Notes under the pieces: model-generated | Databases searched by the model: none | Seen by the model: only the letters and a program-made list of their open reading frames with translations | What the model was told of the DNA's origin: nothing | Made by a program: the position numbers and the translations under genes | NCBI RefSeq assembly: GCF_000143415.4 | Contig: NW_003314264.1 | Coordinates: 3,957,229 to 4,021,228 of the forward strand | DNA: 64,000 bases | Reading direction: 5' to 3' | Source: Selaginella moellendorffii | Taxonomy: Eukaryota; Plantae; Lycopodiophyta | Part shown: positions 14,545 to 26,952 of the stretch, piece by piece | How the letters are laid out: the number at the start of each line of letters is the position of its first letter | Position numbering within the stretch: position 1 is the first letter of the stretch

Positions 14545-15092
14545 AGACAAAGGTTTCATAAATGCAGTAGCTTACCAATGTTACAAGATGACGATGAGGA
14601 TCCTCGACTTAGGCCCGAAATTCACGCTCGCCTTGTCCTCCTCCACCCTTGAGCAGTTTTACAGCCACCTCCTGTCCCCCAGGTAAGATTACACATCCAA
14701 AGCCTCCCTCTCCAAGCACTCCAGAAAACCCCGTGGTATAGATCTTCGTAGCTAAAGAAATAACCAAAGAAATAACCATTGGACCCCTGTGCTCTCCCAA
14801 GAGAGCCTGAAGGTGGCATTGGAGGAAAGAATGGCTTTCCACCGGAATCAAACCTTCGTCTCGGATATCTGCCCCTGAAATGAAAGAGAACGTGGCTCAC
14901 AACGCCAGAAGAACCTGTTTGGCCATTCGGTATAGACGTTGGCGGGGACAGAACACCAGGCGGACTTGGTGTTCCTGGAAAGGGCGATGGAGTGACGTGG
15001 GAGGTGAAGCAACTGGCAGAGGAGCAGCTACGGGGACGTTGGCGGAGTTGCTGCTGGCAAAGGTGGCGAAGATTCATCGCTAGAGGAGGTGA
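14545..15092 (-). pseudogene. Deletion-riddled partial copy of the PERK gene (derived from ~6165-7005)
   Basis: Near-identical blocks (ttttacagccacctcctgtcccc, cccaagagagcctgaaggtggcattggaggaaagaatggctttcca, gaacctgtttggccattcggtatagacgttggcgg) separated by many small deletions and frameshifts. Confidence 0.92.
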
Positions 15093-15099
15093 GGAGGTG

Positions 15100-16070
15100 A
15101 GGCCTAATGAAGGACGTGGGCAGAACGAACTGTGGCTCCAAGCTCGTTATGCAGTCACCAACATCCCGGAAGAGGCATTAACACAGTGCTACATCGCGTC
15201 CCTTCCAACGTCCATGGCAGCAGATATCGCTCGGATGAACCCGGTCTCAGTTCACCAGGCGATGTCTTATGCTCTTCTTGCGGACATGATGTTCTCTAGA
15301 TCCGAGTGGCCTCGGCGAGAGGGTTGGGAAGTGCGGCCGAAACAAACTCCTGCGCTAGCTCCTCCTATCTCCCAGCTCAAGGAGACTCTTCATCTCCCAG
15401 GCAAGAGTCATCGGTGGGATCGAATGAAGAGATTATTGGAAGATCTTCGTCTTGGCAAATGTTTAGACTACAGTGAAAAATGGAGCCGCGGACACCGCGA
15501 AGTTTATCAGGCTCGGAGAACCCTAGAGCTCGGATTTCAGCTTCAGGCTAATGATCAGGGCGACCTTATGCCCTGTGAGCTAGATGAGGTTGACGAGGCG
15601 TTTTCATCATGGAGGTTCAGTCGCGCTGGAGGAGGAACCGGAGCAGTTGCTCATGAAGCTGGAGACCATCTGCCACTGCAGCACGGTAGCAGGTCCGGAG
15701 TGTTTCCGAATCCAGAGAAATGTGGGCCAACGCTCTGGCGCTTCCCATACTTTTGATAACTGGAAGTCTCTGGGAAAATGAAGAGCAGCCGCTGGAGATG
15801 GAAATAGCGGATGGTGGAATGATTAAAACGTCCCAAAAGACTTGATGTTCATTGATGTCGGGGTTAGCGGAACATTCTGCGTGTTGGATATGGGGGCGAT
15901 TGACATCACCCTGGGTGTCGAAACGTTAGAGCAGCTGGGAAATATCGTTGTTAATTTTGGAGAGCAGCTTCTCGCCTTTGAAAAGAACGGCCGGACATAC
16001 AAATGGTCAACCAGTCTCAATGGCGTTAGGTTGCCGGCTAAAGGAGTGGTGTTTTGGAGTTATGATCGTG
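15100..16070 (+). mobile_element. Degenerate Ty3/gypsy gag-protease remnant
   Basis: YIASLP..IARMNPVSVHQAMSYA (gag-like), LGKCLDYSEKWSRGH (decayed Zn-knuckle of the GLCxxCxEKWxxGHxC type), FCVLDMGAIDITLGVETLEQLG (retropepsin C-terminal half). Confidence 0.7.
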
Positions 16071-16074
16071 ACAC

Positions 16075-16445
16075 CAGAAGCTTGATGCCGAGGGAGCAAG
16101 CTAAAGATTGTAAGTTCATCTTGTTCTTCCTTGGACTTCTCTAAACTCCATAGCTATGGGAAATTCCAGGTCGGGATGGTGCTCAACGAGAGCTTGCGCT
16201 TGTCCTGCCGTTTTCAAAGATGCCAAGTTTGGGCATTTGTCATTCCCGGAAAGAAGCGGAGTGACCATCCCTATTCTCAACCTCCTCCAACACCATTTTC
16301 GCAAAGCTAGCGTGTGTGCCTGGGCCAATCATTCTCCCAGATCGAGGCCAAGGTTGCCATAGCCCAGAGATATAGCTTCCGGCTATCCCCCACTTAGCTA
16401 GCGGCACACCACGGCACAGCCGGCCTTTGCTCCTCGAAAGACTCT
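16075..16445 (+). pseudogene. Deleted partial copy of the 3' end of the CYP72-clan gene (derived from ~14005-14520)
   Basis: gagcaagctaaagattgtaagttc...tccaggtcgggatggtgctcaacgagagcttgcgcttgt...aaagatgccaag.ttgggcatttgtcattcccgg matches 14014-14200 including the last intron; heme region shortened by deletions. Confidence 0.92.
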
Positions 16446-16601
16446 AAACTCAAATGGAATGAAAAGAAAACTCCCATTTCATGTTGCACTGTACAAGCGT
16501 CTCCACCCCGAAAAACAAAATTTTTTGCCGCGAAAGCGTCCTCCAGCCGCCTGCCTCCCTTTACAGGTAATTTACACTCCCGCCGAGAAGAGGAACAGCC
16601 T

Positions 16602-19600
16602 CTAGTCCTCTACGTGCTGTATCTCCCCCATGAGTATCCTGTTACTCGTCACGCTAAATCCTAGCAGCGATGGATCCACCACCTTCTTCCCCTTCTTTCC
16701 TTTCTTCTTCCCGGCCTTGGATTCCTGGAACTCGGTCTCCGCCGCTTTGCTCTTCTCGTAAAACTGGCCCTGTCCCCGGCTTGCCTGCTTCCAATCCTCG
16801 CTGATAACCGCGTCACTCACCGTGAAGACGCTGCGGAGAGCTTCCACTGGCAACAGCTCCTTGCGCTGTAACAACTCGGACTTGAATGCCTGGACGTTGG
16901 CCGTGGAGCCGAGATACTGTGTGAGGTACTCTCCGGCCTCGGCACTGGATGGGAGGGATAAGCAAAACTCCAAGAGCGTCATATCTGGACAGAGCTGTCG
17001 CTTAGCACACGCAAAGACGGAACAAAAGTTGCGGACTTACCATCGTTACCAGTCAGCTTTTTCATTTGGCTCTCGCACCACTGCCGGAATGCTTTGGCCT
17101 CTGCATTTGGGCCTGTACTCGGAGAAGTAACAGCATCTAAAGATGGCAATAGATTAAACATCTATAGGTGATCCACAAACAACGAGGACTTACCCTTCTT
17201 TCCAGCTATCTTCTTCACGGTATTCGGAGTTACTGGTGTCGACGGCCTTATCGAAGATGACAAGGATGGAAACTCCGCAGCACTGCCTTGTGAAACCGCA
17301 GCAGCAGAAGCTTGTCGAAATCCTGTTGCGAGCTCCTTGGCCGGGCCTTTCCTGCCCGATGACTCTTGCCTGTACACACAAGAACATGTCAGTCTTAAGT
17401 CTCGCATAGACAATCATACCTTTCTGACTTGGCCGCTGGCTTGAGAGCATCTTCACCGTAGTCCCAGAACAGGTCCATATCGTCGTCAACCTTCGGTTTC
17501 GACTTGGAAGACTTGTTCGATTGGACAGGAGTCGCCACAGCGGGAGATGGTTTCTGCCACGCAGAGCCATTAATACCTGCATTTCGAATGATTGCTGGCT
17601 TAGACGCCGCAAGCTGTTGCTGCTGTAGCTGCAGCTGCTGCTGTTGCTGCTGCTGCAGAAGTCTGAGCCTCTTATCTTGCTCCTCCCTGGCCTGACGTTC
17701 AGCCTCTTGGATCTCTTTCAGAGACTTAGCCGGTTTCACTTGTTTGTTTGTGTCAATCGACCAAGCAGCAAGTGGTTGAGAAACAGCTGGCTCTTCCCGA
17801 GTAAACATATAATCCGCAAGAGAAGGCCCTGGTGGCGGAGACGGTAAAATCTCTTTGCTCAGGTCTGGAAGCTGCTTCGAGCTGTTGGCCTTTGTTGTCG
17901 CAGAAGGCAACGCAGGGCTGTCGATGGCACTGACGATAGGCTTATTCGACTTGCTTTTGGATGCCCGCTTCTTGCTTTTCTTAGTTTCCTTTGGCTCGAT
18001 AAAGTCGCCGTCTTCACTTTTGAATGGAGAGACTTCATCTGCCTCTTGCACGGTGGAGTAAGCTTGAGTTGGAGCAGGGGCAGGAATGTTGGTGTTCAAT
18101 GTTGCCGACTTCTTCAACGATTCCTCCTCCTGAGACTCTTTCGGAGCTTTCGGCTGTGAAGCAGGAGCGACCCAGGCAGTTGGCGAAACGATCTTCTCCT
18201 CACTCTGCCTTTTAGCCTCCTGAAGCAAAATTTCGAGAGGAGTAGCAACCTCACTGTGCTGCTGAGCCTGGAGTAACGGTGATGTATTCTGTCCAGGAAG
18301 TGGTGGTTCAGGCACATAATCAGCAATGCTTCGTTGCGGCTTGTTCCCCGCCACCTCAATATTCTCCTTGAAGTTCACTTCGGCTGTCGGCCACTGCTGC
18401 TGCTGCAAATTTCCTCCAGGCGAATATAACGAAACAGTTGGATTATTTTCAGCCTTGAAACTCTCCTGAGTAGGATCAGTCGGAATTCTTCCCAAGCTGA
18501 GGCTCCTCTCGAAGTGAGTGCTTAGAGCTGCGTCCTTCTGATCACCAGTCCCAGGTGGCGCTGAAGTCCGCAAGAACTGCCCGTAGTCATCTATGTCCCA
18601 TACGCCGGGCATTCTAGTTTTCTCGGCCGTCGGCCACTGCTGTGCAGGCGGTACGCTTAACTGCCGTAAAAGGTGACGCTCGTCTGTAGGATAGAACTGC
18701 CTGAATGCCGACTCGTGCTGGTGTTTCAACTGCGCCAACTGCTCTAGCGGATTACTAGAAGCTCGAACTCCAGGCTTTTCAGATAACGGAGACGCGTCGG
18801 GCTGCCTGCTTAACGCCTCAAAGTTGGCATTCTGCAGTCGCTGATACTCGTTCATGCTTGCTTGTTGCAAAAGCAGCTGCTCAAGTAAAGTAGGATGTGG
18901 AGCTTGTTGATGCAGCTGCTGCTGTAACTGGAGTTGATGTTGTGGCTGGTGCTGCTGCTGCTGCTGCTGTTGTAACTGCTGCTGCTGTAGCTGCTGCTGC
19001 CTCATTTTGAGTAGCTGCTCAGTCGTTGGAGGTAAAACCGGCTGTGATATTGGCGAGTGTAGCTGTTCTAAAAGTAGTCCCGAACTTGTACGTTGAGGAA
19101 AATTCTGGTTTATGTGCTGGAAGACAAGTTCGGATTGCAGCTGCTGAGAACGAGGCCAATCTGCACCCGCCATAGCACCCGGCATAGGTGACAGCGGTGT
19201 CATGACATCGGTGGGTTTTACACTCGCTGACAGCTTAGCGACATCAGCTTCTGAAGAGTTGTCGTGTGGCCATTTTCCTTGAAAAAATCCTGGACCTTGA
19301 TCGAGTTTTTCCAGCCGACCTTGCGAAAGTACAGCTATTCTCTTTCTTGCCAAGTCTTCTTCTGCAACCTCTGAATAGAAAAATAAATTCAAGTTAGAAA
19401 AAAAAAAAACAAAGAAAAGAAAAAGAGTGAAAGAAATACCTGGCGTCAATCTACTAGAATCCGGCTTCACATCCAGTCTCTTCGTGTCAAGTTCTTGTAG
19501 TAAATGAAGGTTATTATCGAACCCCGCCTTCTCTTCCACTTTGACGTCAAAACCTGGAGGTACGCGAGCTTTCGGTTTCAAGTGCGGCATGATGTTCCCA

Positions 19601-21494
19601 AGCGGTACAAAACCAGTTCCCTCGGGAGCGTCGGAAAGACGAACGGGCAGGTCTATGTTGAAGAAACCAGCTTCAAACCATCCTATGATGTCTGCACCAA
19701 TAAAGGGGCCTTGAATGACACCCTGAGGATCTGTATAAAAAAGTTGAAGGTCTTCTGGTCGCGGCTGCGGTTTTACTTGCTCTTCCTTTCGGGCACTTGG
19801 CTTCCAACCTCTATCTTCCTTGTAAGGATCCATGTCGTCTTCATTCACCTCCCATTTCTTGGCTTCTTCAGTTGTTCTATATCGCCGAGCTTCGTCCCTC
19901 CTCCCGTCCTTTAAACCTGAACAATGGCATATATAAGAAAATTAATCTGTGCTAAACGCATGCATACCATTGTAGTTCGTCCGATTCTCGGAGTCCCCTT
20001 CGAAATCTCGAAAAGCGTCTTCATCACTGACTTTATCGTCATCCTTGCCTGTCAAAGAGAAATTAGAGCTCAAGTGAATAAACACAACACAATTACCAAA
20101 TGCTCTTCCAAGCCCAATACGCGGTCGAACTCTTGCAGTCTCCTCACGAGGAACACGACCGTCTTTGGAAGTATTCTGTGCAGCTCCGCTACCAGTTATG
20201 TCCCCTTTCTGAATAGCTTCCAATACCACCTGCTCCAAAGAATTCAGGCAAGAAAAATAACCATCAAAGCGCATACCTCTTCATCATCATCGGGGGCGGA
20301 AACGGCCAGCGGTTCCACTGGCTTGTCCGTAGTTAGCTGTTCGACTTCAATGAAACCATCGGGGAGTTTCGGCTTGACAGGACAGCTCCGATAGATGTCA
20401 AGAAGCTTGCCTCTTGGATAACGGTAAGTTGAATCACCCCGTCCCGGACGCATTTCCGCTTTGTCACCGATATGGCTTCCTTGCGCTCCAGGCAAGCCCG
20501 GACCATGCAGAGGCCCACTTCCATAAGTGTTTCGACCACGTCCAGCAGTAAACGTATCGCCACGCCCTCTGCCAAAACCCGGTGCAAACTTCGGTGGTGT
20601 ACTCCCTAGTGGAGAAGCAGCTTCACCGCGTCTAGCATGCGGCGGAACCCATGCTCGGGAAGAGTTCTCGTGATCAGGCTCTCGAATGCTGATGGGATTA
20701 CTTGCATGCCTGTCCTTCTCGCCTTCCTTGTCTGGATCCACCCATTTATCACGACGTGGTTCCTTGTCCTTGTCACCTGGACCCCAGCGGCTGTTCCATT
20801 TGCTATCTCGACGATTATCATAGCTCGTGTCCCTGTTGGAGAAATCAGTCCACCGCTCTAAGTTCCCTCGTTTTCCTTCCCCCGGCTCCTTATCTAGCCA
20901 CCTCTTACCATCCGGTGCTTCTCGGTCACCGTCCTTCCACCTCTGTCTCGTGTTCTCCCTCTCGTCCTCTCTCCATTTATCCCTGCGCTCGTCATTTCGC
21001 CACCACTTTCGATCGAGCTCGCGAGCACCATCCCCACGCCAGTTGTCCTTGTTGAGCTCGTGATGGAGTCCGGACCTGGGCGTATAAGGCGGCTCCTGCA
21101 ACGATCAAGCCTCAAAACTAAGGAAAAAAATTCTTTCCACAAATAAGTCCTTACTCCGGCTGGTTTCTCGGACGATTTGGGATGGAGCCACTGTGGAGAC
21201 AGCGGAAGATCGTTCTCTGCGCCATCTATGCACGAACCCAAGAAAAAGTCACGACTGTGAAACACAAACGAACAGAGAAGAGTGAACCTTTGACATCCGT
21301 GTCCAAAATATTCGCGAGAAGCTTCGATATCCCGTTATTCCCATCGTCTACGCCCACAGACACCATCCACGAGCTGAGCACAAAGAAACCGACACAACGA
21401 CATCCTCACCTCGAGATTTCCAGGGCGGATTCACGACCTCAGCAGCGCCGGGAGCGTTGCCTGCTGCAATCCCGTCGGTCGCCTTGCCGTCCAT
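16602..21494 (-). CDS. GYF-domain protein, EXA1/GIGYF-like, multi-exon
   Basis: N-terminal LPLSPQWL, 4E/4EHP-binding-type YRYPRGKLLDIY motif, GYF domain FYTDPQGVIQGPFIGADIIGWFEAGFF, poly-Q tracts, conserved C-terminus FRQWCE...DPSLLGFSVTSNRILMGEIQHVED*. Confidence 0.9.
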
Positions 21495-21738
21495 CGCAAA
21501 AACCCTAGATCAAACCCTAGACTGCGATTCTAGCTCTGTGCCGCCTCGCCCCTGGCGAATCACCGAAAGCAACAACAAATCCAAGCTCTGCTCGCGCCCA
21601 CAGCCTCCTCTCTCCGCTCTCGGGTATTAGGGCTTCCTGAGCAGAAAAAGTAAGTACAAGCCGGGGGCCGTACGTACGGGAGATACTAGCTAGGGTTTAG
21701 GGTTTTCTTGGGGGGACGAGATGCGCAAGTAGGAGAAA
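21495..21738. promoter_or_regulatory. Short divergent promoter (GYF gene / HSP60) with telo-boxes in both orientations
   Basis: 244 bp between start codons; AAACCCTA twice at ~21501-21520 and TAGGGTTT twice at ~21691-21705. Confidence 0.6.
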
Positions 21739-24374
21739 ATGTGGAGGGCTTTCTCTTCGCGCTTGAGGTATTTAGGTAGTACTTCTTGTTTCTCTCCATT
21801 TCAAGTGTGATTTTGTGCTCCTTTTTCCAGACTCCATGGAAGTTCTTCACAGGTAGCTCTTATCTCTTGTTTTTGGTGTGAATTGTGGGTGATTTTCTCT
21901 GTTCTCTACAGGCCGTTCGTTGGCTCAGGAGCTCTAGCAAGGATTTTAAGCCTCCACTTCCAAAGGAAGTCATGTTTGGAGTGGAAGCAAGAGCTCTTAT
22001 GCTGGAGGGAGTGAACGAGCTGGCCGATGCCGTGCAAGTGACCATGGGTCCCAAGGTGTGTGATGCGATACTTTTACACTCCTACTCTGTTCTTAGAACG
22101 AGGAATTCTCTGTTTTTGTTGATAGGGGCGAAACGTCGTGATCGAGCTGAGTTATGGCACTCCCAAAATCACAAAGGATGGAGTGACTGTTGCCAGGAGC
22201 ATGGCTTTCGAAAACCGAGTAAAAAACGTTGGGGCTGCTCTCGTCAAGCAAGTTGCTAATGCTACCAATGCTGTGGCAGGGGATGGTAAGGCTTCCGTTT
22301 TTTTTTTTGTTCTCTCTCTCTCTCCTTCTAAAACAGTTTTGAATGTGTTCTTTTTTTTTCTTGTAGGGACAACTCTGGCAACTGTTCTTGCGAGGTCCAT
22401 ATTTGCCGAAGGCACCAAGTCCGTGGCCGCTGGAATGAACGCCATGGATCTTCGCCGCGGCATGAATATGGCAGTGGACACGGTGGTGGAGTACCTCAAG
22501 AGCAAGGCGAAGACGATTAGCACTCCTACTGAATATGCTCAGGTCCGTGACGATTGTCTCGACAAATGTCCATCTTGTGAGTTCTTTCTCCAGGTTGCTT
22601 CGATCTCGGCCAACGGGGACGCCGAAGTAGGAGATTTGGTAGCCAAGGCATTGGAAAAAGTCGGCAAAGAGGGTGTCGTCACAATCAGCGTAAGCTCACA
22701 GCTAGACCTTTATACGATTTTTTTTTATATTTCCGATCTCAGGAGGGAAAAACACTTGAAAACGAGCTCGAGGTTATCGACGGTTTGAAGCTGGACAGAG
22801 GCTACTTGTTAACAAACTTTATCACCAACACCAGAACTCAGAAATGTGTAAGGAGTGAAATACTGCCCTCGTCATGATTTCCTGATTCACACTCTTTCAG
22901 GAACTCGATGATCCCCTCATTCTTGTGCACGAAAAAAAAATATCGGAGGCTAGCAAATTGAAGCCACTGCTTCAACTGGTGGTTAAGGTAGATTTTGTTT
23001 CAACTCAATCTTTCACAAGCTTGTGTTCTTTCAACTTTAGTTGCAAAGGCCGTTGTTTATCGTTGCGGATGATGTGGTGGGCGAAGCGTTGACGGCACTA
23101 GTTGTTAACAAAGTCCGCGCTGGTCTCAAGGTAACTCTTGTACGGATACTATTTGGTCGCTTTAATTCGTCACCAACATTCAGGTTTGCGTCATAAAAGC
23201 TCCTGGATTCGGCAGCTATCGAATAGATCACCTTCTCGACTTTATAGCCTTGACGGGTTCAAAGGTGATGGAAACAAGATACTGCCTTCATTCTAACGAC
23301 TTTCATCTCTTTCTTCAGCTTATAAGCGAAAGCACTAGTTTGAAACTCGAGGACGTAACAGTAGAAATGCTTGGAAATGCAAAGAAGGTTCGGAAACACT
23401 AGCCCGATAGACTAGTTGTCTTTATGCTCCTCTGCAGATTATTGTAACCAAAGACGACACCATCATTTTAGGTGCTGTGGGTGATAAGCAAGTTATTCAA
23501 GAGCGACGGGACGAGGCAAGTAGTGCGAGATTCTAAAAATGTCACTGCAATTTTTTGCTTTTCAGGTGACATCTCAGTTAAAGAAAGCTACTGCGAAATT
23601 TGACAAGGAAAAACTGGAGCAAAGACTCTCCAGGTTATCGGGAGGGGTAGCTGTGATTAAGGTGGAGAGCATTTTAAATGATTTCCGCTATTTTTATTTT
23701 TATTTTTTCTCTTATTAGGTGGGTGGAGCCAGCGACGTTGAAATATCGGAAAAAAAAGATCGAGTAGTGGATGCCTTGAATTCTGCGAGAGCAGCTGCTT
23801 ATGAAGGAATTGTGCCAGGTAGAGCAATGTAAGCTAGACTTTGTGGTAAACATTCATCCTGCAGGTGGTGGAGTAGCTCTTCTTCAAGCCTCCCGTGAGC
23901 TTGATAAGATCAAAACAACAAATTTTGAGGAGAAGGTTGGAGTTCAGATCATTCAAAACGCCATGAAGGTATGGCAAAAAGTGTATCACTTTGAACTTGA
24001 GGAAAACTTGCAGATACCCGCTTATATCATCGCCGCAAATGCTGGATACGAAGCATCCATGGTTGTAGGGAAACTGCTGGAGAAGATTGAAAACGATAGC
24101 TTTGGCTTCGACACTGCTCAAGGTGAATCCAACAGATACTTCCATTTTCGTTCCTTGCGTACTCATGAGCCACACAGGCGAGTACGTTGACATGTTCAAG
24201 GCAGGCATTGTCGACCCAGTGAAAGTTTTGAGAAGGGCAATCCAGGACGCTGTCAGGTATGTTCTTTCAAAATCTCGTGATTTAGTGTGCTTTGATCAAT
24301 CCATTTATGACAGTGTTTCAACTCTCTTGACGACAACTGAAGCAGTTGTTTACCCAAATATTAACCAGAAGTAA
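21739..24374 (+). CDS. HSP60: Mitochondrial chaperonin 60 (HSP60/GroEL family), many short exons
   Basis: Arg/Ser-rich presequence, [16 protein letters not shown]|[21 protein letters not shown]|[32 protein letters not shown]; stop after [14 protein letters not shown]. Confidence 0.92.
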
Positions 24375-26952
24375 GAAGTGTAATTACACCTCCAATAATA
24401 ACTCCATTGAAAGCTAATTTACATTATAATTAGTAGTATATTGTGTAAGTATGATTAGTTATGACAGTTATTAATAGTAACACTTTTAGAATAAATTCTT
24501 AAGAAGTCAAAAGTTTTATATTGAGCAAATTCCAAATTAACACTATATTTAAAAACCTTTCATAATTTTTAATATGGATGTTGTATATTATTATTAGATT
24601 TGTGAGATTTTGATAGCCATTAAATTGGTTTCAATTTAAATTCTCTACTCCTGTATATAAATAGAGTTTAGGTTAATTGGATATACATATTTTTATATTC
24701 CATACACTCATATTGACAACTTTAGTTGTCTATGAAGAATGCTTTGATTTTAACTTTTACATTATCTAGATTTTTCTTATTTTTGTAGTTTTCCATTTCT
24801 TCTTTTTTGTTTTTCTTTTTTTTATTCATTTTCAAGAAATTAATGCAATTGGTCAATATTATATAATTGCAATTGAATAATCAAACTCAATCAATGGCAG
24901 TGTTATGTAAGCTCTTAAGTTGGAAAACCTAAAGATGATTAACCCACCAAATATCCTAAAAGAATGTTGTTTATGGATCATTTCCTAAATTGTTCTTTTT
25001 AATTGCTTACATATTCATAACATGTGGTGTAGCTCTTCTTGCTTTTGCTACCAATCCTCATATTTGATAGAATTTTTTCCATGGGAATTTTAAGGATGAT
25101 ATGTATTATTTATAGTGATTGCTACTTATCATTCTTAGGATAATGATTAATGTATATCTAAGTTTCCCACATGTCTCTAAGAGATAGTATTGCAATGGTA
25201 CAATAGCTTGAGTGTATCTACTTATATAAATTGGAACTTTCTTATATACATTTTTAAGTGATGCTAATAATTATGATAATATTTATCATAGACTTTCTGA
25301 GTTAGTTATGTAATTTATCTAGAGCCTTTTACTTCTTGTAAAGCTAAATATATAAGAGTAGATCAAGTTGGGAATTTCGTGGCTAGTGTTTCGTCAAGAT
25401 CTTGTGATGTTTGTGTATGCATTTGCCCCAGTTACTCTTGACAATGCTCGTCGCTTAGCACAATGCTACAAAACTTCACCTCTCCCACTTATAACTACAT
25501 ATACTTTAACTCCACTTCCCATGTGAAATGCTTTTGTTCTAATGGAGATTGATGTTATTGCTATATATGTTCAAGGATAAGGGTGAGGATGTGGTTGTGG
25601 CCGTAATATTTACTATTAGATATATGATGATGGTGGCCACTCGTATCAGCATTGCCATCATTTTCTAAATTGGCATTTTTTATTTCAAGAATGGAAGCCA
25701 TGGCATTAACAACATCTTGTTGATACTGCTGTAGTGGAAGGTATTCATATAAAAAAAATTTCTAGGAAACAAAAACTCATATGAGTAGTAGAAGGTTCTT
25801 GCATAAATAAGTTAGTAACTCTTTTATCCTTCTTTTGAGAGTAATATCAAAGGGTTCACTAAACACCAATTCATTTAATATTTAATTTCTAGACTCATTT
25901 TTATAATAATAGGTCTTATATTATTTGTGTGTGTAGATAATCTTGAGTTTGAACTTCAATCATTATGGGTAGTGCCGAGTTCAAGTTTTTGAACTCATCC
26001 TTGGTACAAATTGATAGTGTGACTTTGAAATTTTTCCCCTTTATTTCATATTTCATATTTTCTCCATTCTTTTCATTTTTGTTCCACTTTGTCCTTTTGC
26101 TTTTACCTCTACTTCATTCACTTTTTAATCCTTATTACTTCTTATTTTATTTCCTTCTTGTTCTTTTATTCCCTCTTTAGATCCTTCAAATAGTGTTTAT
26201 ATTATGGTAGTTATGGTAATCTCTTTGACTTTAATTTATCATAAGGGGCCAAAATTACAATGCATCATCTTATTCTAACTAGAGATGTTAGTTTCATCAA
26301 TGTTTCTATTTACCATCGGTCACCAAAGGAAATTAAAATTTTACAAAAAACTATTTAGAAGATATTGAAAAAATGTGTTATCTGAAACTCTTAAAGTCCT
26401 TGGATATGTGGCAAAGAGTGCTAAAAGTATTTAAGTTTATATTGATTGTTATTTGTTAAATGATATACTAATCCCAGATATGTACCCTCTTTCTCTATTA
26501 ATCTTCTAGATTATTTAAGGCAGTTCACCAAGTTGGATTTTACTTCTACGTACTAACAAGTGCAAATAGCCAAGAAGAATATTCTTAAAGACTACTTTTC
26601 ATATACTATTTAGTTTGTACATATTCTTGGTGATGCTATTTGGTTTGAACAATGTTCCAATTACTTTTTAGTGGATGATGGATAAACCCTAATTGCATTC
26701 AAAGGGATTATTGCAAAATAAATGAACTTTCATCTAAATTGGGATGGTTTTCATTATCTTTTTGTTATACATATGTAAAATTCCATTGGTGCTTCACTAT
26801 ATAAACTATTATATAATCATGATTCAATATTACCAATAGAGTTGAATTTACTTTTGCAATTGCCATAAGTTGCCAATACTAGATCTTGAGATCAATATTT
26901 GACGAGTATACTTCAATTGGTTTAAGTTAAATTTACTAAACACTTAGGCTGT

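Noticed and set aside
21688-21706. Interstitial telomere
   Set aside because: Only two TAGGGTT units in a promoter; better read as telo-boxes.
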